A stretch of 64,000 bases of DNA. Origin: an uncultured Peptococcaceae bacterium (GTDB lineage: Bacteria; Bacillota; Dehalobacteriia; UBA4068; UBA4997). Positions 19,767 to 30,400 of this stretch are shown here, piece by piece. The DNA lies in assembly GCA_937897635.1 (NCBI GenBank), contig CALCQI010000029.1, positions 15,748 to 79,747 on the forward strand. Reading direction: 5' to 3'. The stretch's first letter is position 1. Each line of letters begins with the position of its first letter. Both the position numbers and the translations under genes were made by a program. The notes below the pieces were generated by a model. It was not told where the DNA came from and did not search any database. It worked only from the letters and a program-made list of their open reading frames with translations.

Positions 19767-20502
19767 CAAATTACCATGGCAGGTGCCTTTGGCAATTGCT
19801 CTTCTGATTTTCGGCTTTTTGGTAACTATTCAATATAATACACAAGTTCAATTAAATAATTCCTTGGAAAACCAAAAAACCGAAGACTTAGTAGCGATAG
19901 TCAAAAGCCTTAATGAAAACAGAAATAAACTGGAAAATGAGTTGGCAGAGCTTACAAGCACTTACCAATCACTGGACTTGAAAGACAGCTTGGAAAAGCA
20001 AATAGAACAGCTTTCCAATTTTATAGGCACTGTACCTGTTATAGGGCCGGGCATTACTATTACCATTACAGCCGATTCTCCGTTAATGAATGTTGACCTT
20101 GTGGATATAATAAACGAATTAAGAGTTACAGGAGCTGAAGCCATAGCGGTAAACGATGTGCGCATAACCTCATACACATCTATAGGTGAAGGAGTAGACG
20201 CAAACAACAATGCCATAATCACTATAAACGGCTCCCGCCTTCTTACTCCTGTAGTCATAAAAGCTATAGGCAAACCCGCAACTTTACAGGAAGGCCTTAC
20301 CTTCCCGGGCGGCATCATCGATAACCTGAATACACTTTATAATATATACCCAACCATCAAGCAAAGTGAAAAGCTTACTATCCCTGCTGCCAATGTAAAT
20401 ACAGACCCGATTTATAAAAAGAAATATGAAGCACCGGTTATCGATAATACTGCTACTCCTTCTCCTGGCACTAACGTTATCGGACAACATCCTGCAATTT
20501 AA
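19753..20502 (+). CDS. DUF881 (YlxW/YlxX-like) protein, second copy
   Basis: 249 aa; same architecture as 18519..19340 (TM, coiled coil, DUF881). Confidence 0.65.
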   Translation: MKSNSKLPWQVPLAIALLIFGFLVTIQYNTQVQLNNSLENQKTEDLVAIVKSLNENRNKLENELAELTSTYQSLDLKDSLEKQIEQLSNFIGTVPVIGPGITITITADSPLMNVDLVDIINELRVTGAEAIAVNDVRITSYTSIGEGVDANNNAIITINGSRLLTPVVIKAIGKPATLQEGLTFPGGIIDNLNTLYNIYPTIKQSEKLTIPAANVNTDPIYKKKYEAPVIDNTATPSPGTNVIGQHPAI

Positions 20503-20544
20503 TAAAGTATCCATAAAAGTTATAATTGTTTTTGGCTTAACAAT

Positions 20545-20577
20545 AAAAAGCATCAGATATATATCTGATGCTTTTTT
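20545..20577. terminator. Bidirectional intrinsic terminator
   Basis: AAAAAGCATCAGATAT/ATATCTGATGCTTTTT perfect palindrome between the convergent DUF881 gene and ilvB. Confidence 0.7.
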
Positions 20578-20595
20578 GATTATCTCTTATAAAAA

Positions 20596-22281
20596 CTATT
20601 TATCACCTTTGAATAAAATCATTTCATCAATAGAACGTCCGCATAAAACCACCGGATAAACCATTTCCTCGCAGCTTACTTTACATTCTATCAAGGTTGC
20701 TTTATTATTATCCATGGCTTCTGCCAAAATTTCCTGGATCTGCCCCGTATGCTCCATGGTATAAGTTTCCATGCCATAAGCTTGGGCAAGCTTAATAAAA
20801 TCGGGGTTGCCGGGCATATCTACAGAATAATAATTTTCTTTCATATAGAATTTTTGCAGCTGCCTTACCATACCCAAATTATTGTTATTGAAAAGCAATA
20901 CCTTAATGGGCAAATTCTCCGCAGAGGCAGTAGCAAGTTCATTAAAAGTCATTTGGAAACTGCCATCACCTGTTACGCAAAAAACTATGGATTCAGGGCT
21001 TGCCAACTGCGCTCCTACAGCAGCAGGCAAACCATAGCCCATGGTTCCCAAACCACCCGAGCTGATAAAGCCTTTGGCCCTGCGGGCTTTATAGAACTGC
21101 GCAGCTACCATTTGGTGCTGGCCTACGTCTGTTGTAACTATAACATTGTCCCTAGTCATTTCCGAAAGCTGATGCAAAACCTTGCGCATAGTTAAAGCCT
21201 CGTCATCCTTGCCTTCATAATATACACCCTGCTCAGTAGGACGCCACGCTTCCACCTGCGCCAGCCATTCGGGATGTGAAGCTTGGTTCAAGCACTTAAG
21301 CATATCCTTGATAATAGAAGCCGCATCTCCCACAATAGGTACTTTGGGAATGATGTTCTTACCTATTTCCGCAGGATCTACATCTATATGGATGATTTGC
21401 GCATTAGATGCAAAATCAGGCATATTGCTGGTTACCCTATCATCAAAACGTGCGCCAATTGCCAAAAGCACATCACAATTACAAACAGCTATATTAGCCG
21501 CAGGGCAGCCATGTATACCTACCATACCCATATAAAGATTGTTTTTGTAGGGAAAAGCTCCTTTGCCCATCAAGGTAACAGCTACAGGAGCATCCAAACG
21601 CTCCGACAGTTCCAATAACAAGGCTTCCGCACCTGAATGAACTATACCACCACCCACATAAATAACGGGTTTTTTAGACTGATTCAAAATTTTGCAGGCC
21701 AGCTTTATTTGCGAGGGGTGCCCCTTAATAGTTGGTTTATAACCAGGCAAATCGATTTGTCCGGGGATTTTGGCAGTACACTCACTATCTGCAACATCCT
21801 TGGGTAAGTCTATAAGTACAGGCCCCGGACGACCCGTACTTGCTATATGAAATGCCTCCCGTACTATTTGCGGGATCTGGTTTGCTTCCGTTACCAAATA
21901 ATTATGTTTGGTGATAGGCTTGGTTATACCTGTTATATCCACTTCCTGGAAAGCATCCGTACCCACAATACTTTTCGGTACCTGGCCTGTGATCGCAACC
22001 ATAGGTATGGAGTCCATAAAAGCCGTGGCAATACCTGTAACCAAATTGGTTGCCCCCGGGCCGGAGGTAGCAATACATACCCCGGGCATACCCGCTATAC
22101 GGGCATAACCGCTGGCAGCATGAGCCGCTCCCTGTTCTGTACGAGTTAAAACATTATGAATGGATGAATGGCGCAGAGCTTCATATAAACCCAATACAGT
22201 ACCGCCGGGGTAACCGAAAACGGTTTTTACTCCTTCATATTCCAAACATTTTATCAATGCTTCCGAACCTTTCATCGTCAA
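20596..22281 (-). CDS. ilvB: Acetolactate synthase large subunit (ThDP-dependent)
   Basis: 561 aa; ThDP-binding motif GDGSFQM..N and a typical N-terminus (SEALIKCLEYEGV). Confidence 0.9.
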   Translation of the reverse strand: MTMKGSEALIKCLEYEGVKTVFGYPGGTVLGLYEALRHSSIHNVLTRTEQGAAHAASGYARIAGMPGVCIATSGPGATNLVTGIATAFMDSIPMVAITGQVPKSIVGTDAFQEVDITGITKPITKHNYLVTEANQIPQIVREAFHIASTGRPGPVLIDLPKDVADSECTAKIPGQIDLPGYKPTIKGHPSQIKLACKILNQSKKPVIYVGGGIVHSGAEALLLELSERLDAPVAVTLMGKGAFPYKNNLYMGMVGIHGCPAANIAVCNCDVLLAIGARFDDRVTSNMPDFASNAQIIHIDVDPAEIGKNIIPKVPIVGDAASIIKDMLKCLNQASHPEWLAQVEAWRPTEQGVYYEGKDDEALTMRKVLHQLSEMTRDNVIVTTDVGQHQMVAAQFYKARRAKGFISSGGLGTMGYGLPAAVGAQLASPESIVFCVTGDGSFQMTFNELATASAENLPIKVLLFNNNNLGMVRQLQKFYMKENYYSVDMPGNPDFIKLAQAYGMETYTMEHTGQIQEILAEAMDNNKATLIECKVSCEEMVYPVVLCGRSIDEMILFKGDK

Positions 22282-22288
22282 AACCTCC

Positions 22289-22768
22289 TTATTTCAAACC
22301 GCGCACCATAGCCAATTCGCCTGTTCTTACTATTTCTTTTATGCCATAAGTTCTTAAGGCCTCTTGAATAGCATCCAGCTTCTTTTGTTCGCCTGTAGCT
22401 TCAATAATAAGGCTATTTGGGCTTATATCCACTATCCTGGCACGGAAAACATCTACTATTTGCATAACTTCACTACGTTTGGCGGCATCCACCTGTACTT
22501 TGATGAGTACAAGCTCCCGCTCTATATATTCTTCTTCGGTGATATTGCTTATTTTCAATACCTCTATAACTTTGTGAAGCTGTTTCATAACTTGTTCTAT
22601 TTCCCGCTCATCAGCATCCACTACTATAGTCATACGGGAAATATCAGGCCTTTCCGTAGTACCCACGGCAAGGCTTTCAATATTATAAGCGCGGCGCCCG
22701 AACAAACCCGCTATTTTAGCTAAAACGCCTGCTTTGTTTTCAACCAGTACGGATAATGTGTGTCTCAC
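22289..22768 (-). CDS. ilvN: Acetolactate synthase small (regulatory, ACT) subunit
   Basis: 159 aa; MRHTLSVLVENKAGVLAKIAGLFGRRAYNIESL is the canonical IlvH/IlvN N-terminus. Confidence 0.85.
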   Translation of the reverse strand: MRHTLSVLVENKAGVLAKIAGLFGRRAYNIESLAVGTTERPDISRMTIVVDADEREIEQVMKQLHKVIEVLKISNITEEEYIERELVLIKVQVDAAKRSEVMQIVDVFRARIVDISPNSLIIEATGEQKKLDAIQEALRTYGIKEIVRTGELAMVRGLK

Positions 22769-22787
22769 TTTATTACCCCCCTTTTTA

Positions 22788-24476
22788 CTATTTTACAGTA
22801 ACAGCTCCTGTGGAAGCTGAAGTTACCCTGCCCGCATATTTTGCTAAATAACCCTTAGTGATTTTAGGCTCTGGGCAAACCCATTTGGCTTTACGCTCAG
22901 CTAGAATTTTTTCATCCACCAAAAGCTCTAATTTACCGTTTTCAATATCAACGTTGATAATGTCGCCTTCCTCTACCAAACCTATAAGACCACCTTCGGC
23001 AGCTTCGGGAGAAACATGGCCTATAGAAGCACCGCGAGTGGCACCTGAAAAACGTCCATCTGTGATTAAGGCCACGCTGGAACCTAGACCCATGCCTTGT
23101 ACGGCAGAAGTTGGGGTGAGCATTTCCCTCATACCGGGGCCGCCTTTGGGCCCTTCATAGCGAATTACTATAACATCACCCTCTTTGATACCGCCTGCCA
23201 TAATAACTTCCACGGCTTCCTCCTCACCGTTGAACACACGGGCAGGGCCTTGGTGCTGCATCATTTCAGGCACTACACCCGCTTTTTTCACTACAGCACC
23301 ATCGGGAGCCAAATTCCCCCTTAAAATAGCCAGGCCGCCTTTTTGGCTGTAAGCTGTTTCCTTGCTGCGGATCACATCATGATCCAAAATTTGCGCGCCT
23401 TTAATGTTAGCTTTTATGGTTTTACCTGTTACCGTCATTATAGAAGTATCAATAAGAGCATTCCTATCCAGCTCTGCCATTAAGGCACTTAAACCACCTG
23501 CTGCGTGCAAGTCCTGAATATGGTAAGTACCTGAAGGAGCAAGCTTGCAAAGATGGGGTGTTACAGCTCCTATTTCGTTTATCATATCTAAATTTATTTT
23601 TACACCTGCCTCATGAGCAATGGCAGGAAGATGTAATATAGTATTGGTTGAACAACCCAAAGCCATATCGGCAATTACTGCATTCCTGAAAGAAGCCGCA
23701 GTCATGATCTGGGAAGGCCTTACATCATCTTCCAAAAGTTCTATCACTTTCATGCCCGCCTCTTTAGCTAAACGGATACGAGCGGCTTCAATAGCAGGTA
23801 TAGTACCGTTACCTGGTAAACCCATGCCTAAAACTTCTGTCATACAGTTCATGGAATTAGCTGTAAACATACCCGAACAGGAACCACAGCCAGGGCAGCA
23901 ATTTTCTTCTATTTTTTGTAATTCTTCAGCATCTATTTTATTAACGCTATAAGCACCTACCGCCTCAAAAGTAGAGTTAAGATCCAGTACCTTGCCTTTA
24001 TAACTGCCTGTGAGCATAGGGCCGCCACTTACAAAAATACTGGGCAGATCCAAACGGGCAGCTGCCATCAACATACCCGGTACTACTTTATCGCAATTTG
24101 GGATAAACACAAGCGCGTCAAAAGCGTGGGCAAGTGCCATAACTTCAATGGAATCAGCAATAAGTTCACGGCTGGCCAAAGAATACTTCATCCCCTCATG
24201 GCCCATGGCAATACCATCACAAACCGCTATAGCCGGAAATTCCAAGGGTGTACCTCCTGCCATACGCACGCCTGCTTTAACAGCCTCAGCCAACTGGTGT
24301 AAATGAATATGACCCGGCACTACCTCATTAAAAGAATTTACTATACCCACTAAAGGAAGCTCAATTTCTTCTTTGGTAAGGCCCAAAGCATAAAGCAGGG
24401 AACGCTGAGGCGCCCTCATAAAACCATCTTTCATTATATCACTTTTCATTTTTGGTTTGCCGCAATCACAACTCAT
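22788..24476 (-). CDS. ilvD: Dihydroxy-acid dehydratase
   Basis: IlvD/EDD family with a Cys-ligand region (CPGCGSC). SD GGGAGG 8 nt before the ATG at 24476; the ORF track extends to a TTG at 24482. Confidence 0.9.
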   Translation of the reverse strand: MSCDCGKPKMKSDIMKDGFMRAPQRSLLYALGLTKEEIELPLVGIVNSFNEVVPGHIHLHQLAEAVKAGVRMAGGTPLEFPAIAVCDGIAMGHEGMKYSLASRELIADSIEVMALAHAFDALVFIPNCDKVVPGMLMAAARLDLPSIFVSGGPMLTGSYKGKVLDLNSTFEAVGAYSVNKIDAEELQKIEENCCPGCGSCSGMFTANSMNCMTEVLGMGLPGNGTIPAIEAARIRLAKEAGMKVIELLEDDVRPSQIMTAASFRNAVIADMALGCSTNTILHLPAIAHEAGVKINLDMINEIGAVTPHLCKLAPSGTYHIQDLHAAGGLSALMAELDRNALIDTSIMTVTGKTIKANIKGAQILDHDVIRSKETAYSQKGGLAILRGNLAPDGAVVKKAGVVPEMMQHQGPARVFNGEEEAVEVIMAGGIKEGDVIVIRYEGPKGGPGMREMLTPTSAVQGMGLGSSVALITDGRFSGATRGASIGHVSPEAAEGGLIGLVEEGDIINVDIENGKLELLVDEKILAERKAKWVCPEPKITKGYLAKYAGRVTSASTGAVTVK

Positions 24477-24482
24477 TTTCAA

Positions 24483-24775
24483 AACCTCCCGTATAATTAT
24501 AAAATCATAAAAGCTGGGCTAATATAAAAAACCCCTCATCCCCCAATCAGGGACGAAAGGTTATTCCGTGGTACCACCCCACTTGCCATGCAAAAAACAC
24601 AGCCTCTTAACAAGGATAACGCCCTTTAACGGCTTTTCCTACTGGATTTCAGAAAAGCAACTCCAGAGGGACACCAAAACCCTGCTGATATGGGCTCACA
24701 CCGTACCCCACTCGCTGTAAAAGCAAATAGCTTCAGCCTGTCTCTATCATCGTTATTAGCTATAAAATAATAACT
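24483..24775 (-). promoter_or_regulatory. T-box riboswitch leader upstream of ilvD-ilvN-ilvB
   Basis: Minus strand shows an AGAGA box, then AGCGAGUGGGGUACGGUGUGAGCCC (near-identical to the glyQS leader distal motif in this window), then the T-box sequence GUGGGGUGGUACCACGG (+ coords 24566..24580), a hairpin and UUUUUU just before the ilvD SD. Confidence 0.6.
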
Positions 24776-24782
24776 TTTTATT

Positions 24783-24810
24783 AGTATAACACGAATATGC
24801 AATATGTCAA
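24783..24810 (-). promoter_or_regulatory. Sigma-A-type promoter for the ilv T-box leader
   Basis: Minus strand TTGACA (24810..24805), 17-bp spacer, TATACT (24788..24783). Confidence 0.5.
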
Positions 24811-24872
24811 GTAAAATAAAATGAAGACTTGGGCCGCAAACAGCCTTTAAGGCTATAGCTGCCAAAAAATAA

Positions 24873-24907
24873 AACCAAGCAGTAAAATAAGGACTTACTG
24901 CTTGGTT
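24873..24907 (-). terminator. Intrinsic terminator downstream of ridA
   Basis: AACCAAGCAGTAA...TTACTGCTTGGTT 13-bp stem, followed on the minus strand by a U-rich run (GGTTTTATTTTTTGG). Confidence 0.6.
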
Positions 24908-24941
24908 TCCTTTTTATAATTAATGGATTTAAACCAAACTT

Positions 24942-25325
24942 TTACTTAGCCAAAGCTATAGCTTCTGCCTCAATAAGCACATCCTTGGGTAAACGGGCAA
25001 CCTCAACACAAGAACGTGTGGGAGGATTATCACCGAAAAATTCAGCATAAACTTCATTTATAGCACCAAAAGCAGCCATATCTTTAATAAACAGGGTAAC
25101 TTTTACTGCCTGCCGCAAGGAGGAACCTGCTTCTTCTAAAATAGCAGCTAAATTACTAAGCACCTGCCTGGTTTGTGCTTCAACACCGCCCACAACTATT
25201 TCACCGTTTGTGGGATTAATGGGTATTTGGCCTGAAGTAAAAACAAAATCCCCAACCTTTAAACCCTGAACATAAGGGCCTATAGCAGCCGGAGCTTTAG
25301 CAGTGGCAATAATTTTTTTTGACAC
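24942..25325 (-). CDS. ridA: RidA/YjgF-family reactive-intermediate deaminase
   Basis: [14 protein letters not shown]-terminus and [11 protein letters not shown] region. SD GGAGGTG 7 nt before the GTG at 25325; the ORF track runs to an ATG at 25352. Confidence 0.8.
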   Translation of the reverse strand: MSKKIIATAKAPAAIGPYVQGLKVGDFVFTSGQIPINPTNGEIVVGGVEAQTRQVLSNLAAILEEAGSSLRQAVKVTLFIKDMAAFGAINEVYAEFFGDNPPTRSCVEVARLPKDVLIEAEAIALAK

Positions 25326-25530
25326 TTCAAAACACCTCCAAATATTTTGCATATATTATAGCATAGCCGTAAATGGCTATTGCTGGCTTTTACCTTACGG
25401 TAAAACCTTAACTATAAAATTGCGGTAATCCCCCAAATATACCATCTGGGGTTTATGATTATTATAACATATAAAAAAAAATGCCACAATAACTATATAT
25501 TATGTAAAGGCAGGTTACCCTGCCTAAAAA

Positions 25531-25788
25531 TTATTGACCTTGGCTTAATTGCTGAGCTTTATTTTGTGCCTGTAAAAGAGATTGTTGAGTTGCCATAGCT
25601 GTTGGATACCAGCCATTTTTTTGCATGATATTAAAAATATCATGGTTGGCGCGTACATGGTCTTGGCCTATTTTAATAGTATCCTGTAATAAGGCTTCAC
25701 AAGCAACTTCGGTTGCAAATCCCGTGTAAATTTCCGATAAATGTTTTGCGTCTTTCAGTGAATCCCAAGCTATCATTTTATCATCCAT
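25531..25788 (-). CDS. Coat-F-domain spore coat protein (YraD/YraF-like)
   Basis: Coat_F-like segment DHVRANHDIFNIMQKNGWYP. SD GGAGGG 6 nt before the ATG at 25788; the ORF track starts at a TTG at 25803. Confidence 0.55.
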   Translation of the reverse strand: MDDKMIAWDSLKDAKHLSEIYTGFATEVACEALLQDTIKIGQDHVRANHDIFNIMQKNGWYPTAMATQQSLLQAQNKAQQLSQGQ

Positions 25789-25828
25789 TTTATTCCCTCC
25801 CAATTGATTTTTTTATTGATTTTATTTA

Positions 25829-26032
25829 CTAGCCAGAATAGGATGCGCTATCAACATGGCTTTTTAAAATACCAAAATGGCTTTGGTGCATTTGAGCTAT
25901 ACTTTTAAGAGTAGAACTTAATGCGGGGTCAGTTACTTGGTTAGCGTAATCGTTGAGCTTTTTCATTTCATTCTGTTCTTTTTCCATGCAATCGTTTATA
26001 TACATTAATTCTTTTTGAGTCAATTGTGCCAT
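25829..26032 (-). CDS. Small coat-F-like spore coat protein (YraE-like)
   Basis: 67 aa, helical, resembling the N-terminal half of a Coat_F domain. SD AAGGAGGA 7 nt before the ATG. Confidence 0.45.
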   Translation of the reverse strand: MAQLTQKELMYINDCMEKEQNEMKKLNDYANQVTDPALSSTLKSIAQMHQSHFGILKSHVDSASYSG

Positions 26033-26116
26033 TTTTATATCCTCCTTTTGTTTTTTCCTTGAAAAGACGATAAATAAAATGCTCTTAAAGCACTTTTGTT
26101 TGCCATTTCTTTACTG

Positions 26117-26275
26117 TTACTTGTCGCTTCTTTTGGATGAAAAAGTTTTGCAAAAAGTATTGTCAGGGTGGCTTACATTTCCTGCATTAGAGGAACATAC
26201 CTGAATTTCATTAGCTTCACAATCATTATTACAGTTATAAACGCATTCCTCCACAAGACAATTTATTTTATTCAT
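26117..26275 (-). CDS. DUF1540 cysteine-rich small protein
   Basis: INCLVEECVYNCNNDCEANEIQVC matches the DUF1540 Cys pattern. SD AAGGAGGTG 5 nt before the ATG at 26275. Confidence 0.6.
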   Translation of the reverse strand: MNKINCLVEECVYNCNNDCEANEIQVCSSNAGNVSHPDNTFCKTFSSKRSDK

Positions 26276-26397
26276 TATTACACCTCCTTTAAAAATGTTC
26301 TTCAAGTATTTTGCCCTTAACCTTTAGATAATATCTAAAAAAGCTACCAAAATATTTTGGTAGCTTTTGCCAATTCTATTAAAATTTTTTTGAATTT

Positions 26398-27105
26398 TTA
26401 TTTTTTGTTTTTCATAACTATTTCATCATAATTAACTACTGTATCGGGCTTCATAAGAATGCACCTGCTTTGAGTTTTGTTTTCTATTTGTTTTTTGAAG
26501 TTTTCACCATCCTGCTCAATTAAAGAATAGGTGTCATAATGTACAGGTACAACATATTTGCAGTCAAGCCAGCCCGTAGCAATAAGAGCATCGGTTGGAC
26601 CCATGGTAAAATTCCCGCCTATAGGTAAAAAGGCCACATCAATATCGTGCTTACCTATAATACGCCCAATATCACTGAACAAACCCGTATCACCAGCATG
26701 ATAAAAACAAACACCGTCTAACCAGAATAAATAGCCGCAGGCTATACCGCAGGCAGTGCCGTTAGGCAAAGAAGAACTGTGCCAAGCCTGAGTTTGTTTT
26801 ACCTTGAATAAATCAGGGAACACAAAAGCACCGCCCGTACCCATGCCATGCACATTAGGCACCCCTTGTTTAATTAGCCATTCCGAAAGTTCATAGCTTG
26901 CAATTACGGTAGCGCCTGTACGCTTGGCTATTTCAACAGTATCGCCCAAATGATCACCATGAGCGTGCGTTACTAATATATAATCGGCGACAATATCACG
27001 CGGATCTGTTTTTGCAACAGGATTGCCTTTTAAGTAAGGGTCTATCAAAATGATTTTGCTTCCCATCACACTTACACAAGAATGTCCGTAAAAAGCTATT
27101 CTCAT
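26398..27105 (-). CDS. Metallo-beta-lactamase-fold hydrolase (UPF0173-like)
   Basis: HAHGDHLGD motif. SD GGAGGTG 5 nt before the ATG at 27105; the ORF track extends to 27165. Confidence 0.75.
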   Translation of the reverse strand: MRIAFYGHSCVSVMGSKIILIDPYLKGNPVAKTDPRDIVADYILVTHAHGDHLGDTVEIAKRTGATVIASYELSEWLIKQGVPNVHGMGTGGAFVFPDLFKVKQTQAWHSSSLPNGTACGIACGYLFWLDGVCFYHAGDTGLFSDIGRIIGKHDIDVAFLPIGGNFTMGPTDALIATGWLDCKYVVPVHYDTYSLIEQDGENFKKQIENKTQSRCILMKPDTVVNYDEIVMKNKK

Positions 27106-27193
27106 AAAAACACCTCCGAATATAAAGCTATAATTTAAAAAATCTGTTTCTTTATCATAGCACAAATCCGCAGGCTTTACAATATTATTGGAA

Positions 27194-27406
27194 TTACCAA
27201 GCTATCATACCCAAAACCAACATAAACAGTACCAAAACCAACCAAAAATTAGGGCATACCATAATGTACAAAAACAAAGCACAGGTAGCACCTAAAAACA
27301 AGTACCAAACAATGCTGTGCAAGGTACAGCGGATATTTCTTTTAGGGCGACAGCCTTTGCCGCCGAAACCGCCAAAACCGCCGAAACAATTTTTTAACCC
27401 TGTCAT
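27194..27406 (-). CDS. Small Gly-rich (GGFGGFGG) double-TM protein, possibly sporulation-associated
   Basis: 70 aa. SD AAGGGGG 7 nt before the ATG. The N-terminal GGF repeats are encoded by an AAACCGCC(G/A) DNA repeat, followed by two hydrophobic segments. No family assigned. Confidence 0.35.
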   Translation of the reverse strand: MTGLKNCFGGFGGFGGKGCRPKRNIRCTLHSIVWYLFLGATCALFLYIMVCPNFWLVLVLFMLVLGMIAW

Positions 27407-27471
27407 AGCAAAACCCCCTTTAGCCTATATTATGCCAAAAAGGGCTTAAAGTGCCTGTATAGATATTAAAA

Positions 27472-30400
27472 TTATTTAAGTTTGACCACATGGTTTGAAC
27501 CAAGAAAATAAAGCATTGCTTCCTTTACAGGTTCTTTGCATATTTCAGTAAAAGCTTTTGCGTATAAGGAAAGCTGTTTACCATATGCATCCAATAATTC
27601 AGCATCAGTTTTACCAACACTGCGGCCTGACTTATAATCCACAATTACCCAGCCTTCAGCTTCCTTAAATACTAAGTCTATTGTACCCTGCAGGAGTATT
27701 TTATCATCACTTGCCAACAAGGTTTCCAATTCTTTAGCAGGCAGGGCATAAATAAACTGAAGTTCCCTAAATACTTTTTCGGCTTTTTTCAGCCTTGCCC
27801 CGGTTGCGGAAGCAAAAAAGTTCCTTATTGACTGCTTATCACCGGCTAAAAGCTGAGTTTCCGCATCCGTTATATGTTCAAGAAGGCTTTCTATCTGCAA
27901 ATCCACATCCCCATTATAATCTATATTCTCCAATAAGAAGTGCAGGATGATACCTCTGCGGGCATAGTTTAGCCCAGCGGCTTCTGCCAGCACAGAACGC
28001 TGTTCTTCCTGAACAAAATCTACTTTGGCTTGCTCCATAACATCCTTATTTTTTTGGTTCAGCTCAGTTACTGTCCACTTAGAAGGAATTTTGGTTGCTA
28101 CAGCATATGGATAGCGCCATGACAGCTCATAAGCAAGTTTATCATCAAGTACTTCATCGACTATTGCTTCATCTTCAAAAATCTTTTTTAATTCATAAGA
28201 ATTCATGGCTTCAGCCTTAACAGATTCAGTTCCTGTAATATTATTTACAATATTTATTAGAAAACGGCTTTTATCCTCTAAGAAGTCTTGCTGCCACTCC
28301 TCATGTGCCAAGCCTGCCCAATCAGTCAATGCGGCACCTGCTGGGTGGCGTATCAAAGCCAAAATCAATAAATCCAAATAACTGCTGCACTGCTTGATCA
28401 CACCGGGAGAAAACTGCCATGATGCCAAATCCATAAAACTGGCGCCGCGCATAACCGCTTTAACCAAATTACGGGAACTGGCCGTTAAAATAAGGTGTTC
28501 TTTAGCCCTTGTCATGGCTACATATAAAATTCTCAATTCCTCGGCAAGGCTCTCCGCCTTGATTTTATGCGCCAAAACACGGTGCGAAACCGTATTGAAT
28601 TTTATGTTTTTTTCTAAATCCACACAACGCAAGCCCAAGCCCATATCACGGTGCAAAAGCACATCCCTTTTTATATCCGTTAAATTAAAAGGCCGGCCCA
28701 AACCTGCCACAAAAACAATAGGGAATTCCAAGCCTTTGCTGCGGTGTATGCTCATAATGGTTACAGCATCGGCACCACTTTTAAAGCCTGCGGGTACCTG
28801 GCCCTGCTCCAAGTTACGTTCCAAATAATCAATAAAGCCGCCCAGCCCTTTATAAGAATATTTTTCGTAATCCAAAGCCTGTGCTTTTAAGCTGCGTAGA
28901 TTATGCTGTCTGATATTGCCATCACTTAAGGCTCCCGCAAAACTGTAAAAACCCGTTTCCCTATAGATTTGGCTTAAAAATTCGCTGATACTACCCTGTT
29001 TGACCCTTTGCCGCCATGTTTGTAAATTTTGCCAAAAAAATAAGGCTTTTGAATTTTGAGCAGCTTTCAAGGCATCATAAAAATCCCCTTCACTGTTTTC
29101 CGCTTTTATTTCCGCCAATTCCTCCAAGCTAAAACCACCTATGGCCGAGTGCATTAAAGCCGCAAGCTCTATGTCCTGCCTTGGATTATCTAATACTTTC
29201 AAAAAGCTAAATATAGTTTGAAATTCAGCGTTTTCATAGTAATTATCCACAGCGTCCGTTAATACCGGTATCCCCATGCCTGCAAGCTCTTTGGCCATAA
29301 TAACTGAACGGGTACGCGCAGCCCTAAGCAAAATCACTATATCCTTGTATTTTGCGCCTTCCGCTATAAGCTGTTTGATACGCTTGCCTATAACCCTAGC
29401 CTCTTTTTGAGCTCCATCAAGGTTTTCCAAAAACTCTTCATTTTCCTCATCCGCCATTTCTTCCTTACCCACGGCTATGATGTTAAGCTCAACAGGCACT
29501 GTATTTTCTTCATCTTTTCCTGAAATTAAGGCAGCTTTGGCATCATAATCTATTTCTGTACTCTCACCTACCATAAGCTGGCGAAAAATAAAGTTTACTG
29601 CATTGATGATGCCGGCCTCACTTCTGAAATTATGCTGCAGATCTATACGTTTGCCGCCGTTATAGGAACCATAAGCATGGAATTTGCCCATAAAAAGTCC
29701 CGGCTCCGCCAAGCGAAAACGATAAATGCTTTGCTTAATATCCCCCACCATAAAGCTGTTGTTGCCACGGGCAAGGGCATTTAAAATAGCTTCTTGTACC
29801 TGGTTTATATCTTGATACTCATCAACAAAAATTTCTGTAAAACAGCTTTGTAGGTCTGCCGTTACGCCGTTTTTTTCATCTGTTAAAAGCTGCAAACAAT
29901 AATGTTCCAAGTCATTGAATTCCAGCAGTTTTTTGCTTTTTTTGGTTTGCTGCCAAGCTTTACAATAAGCTTCCGTTAAATCTACCAAAGCCGTGGCCAT
30001 AGGAGCAAGCCTGCTTATCTGCACAGACATGGCTTCTTCAGTATATGCCGTATAATGGGTTTTAATTGCTTTTATGCCGTCTTTAACGCTATTCCTTAAG
30101 TTTTGCACCCTTTTTTTGATATCTTCATCTGCGCCCGCTTTGGCTGTAATAACAGGCAGCCTGGCAAATTCAAGCTTATTTACCGCTTCGGCAAAGTTGT
30201 TCCAGCCGGCAAAGTCTGAATCTGCCAGCCTGTTCAAGCTTTTTGCTTCCTCGCCTATTACGGGCAAATATTTTTGCAGGCCGTTTTGTTCTTCCCTACA
30301 ATAGGCCACCGCTTTATTGATAAGCAAGCTTAAACCCTTGATATCCTCTGCTGCCGCTTCCACAAGATATTTCAGCCATGTTTCCGCGCTGCCTTCTTCA

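Noticed and set aside
24626-24865. 79-aa minus-strand ORF upstream of ilvD
   Set aside because: Lies inside the T-box leader RNA, spanning the promoter and stem I, so it is not protein-coding.
27264-27449. 61-aa + strand ORF with a PPKPPKPPK repeat
   Set aside because: It is the reverse-frame artefact of the GGF-encoding DNA repeat. The minus-strand ORF has the SD and TM segments.
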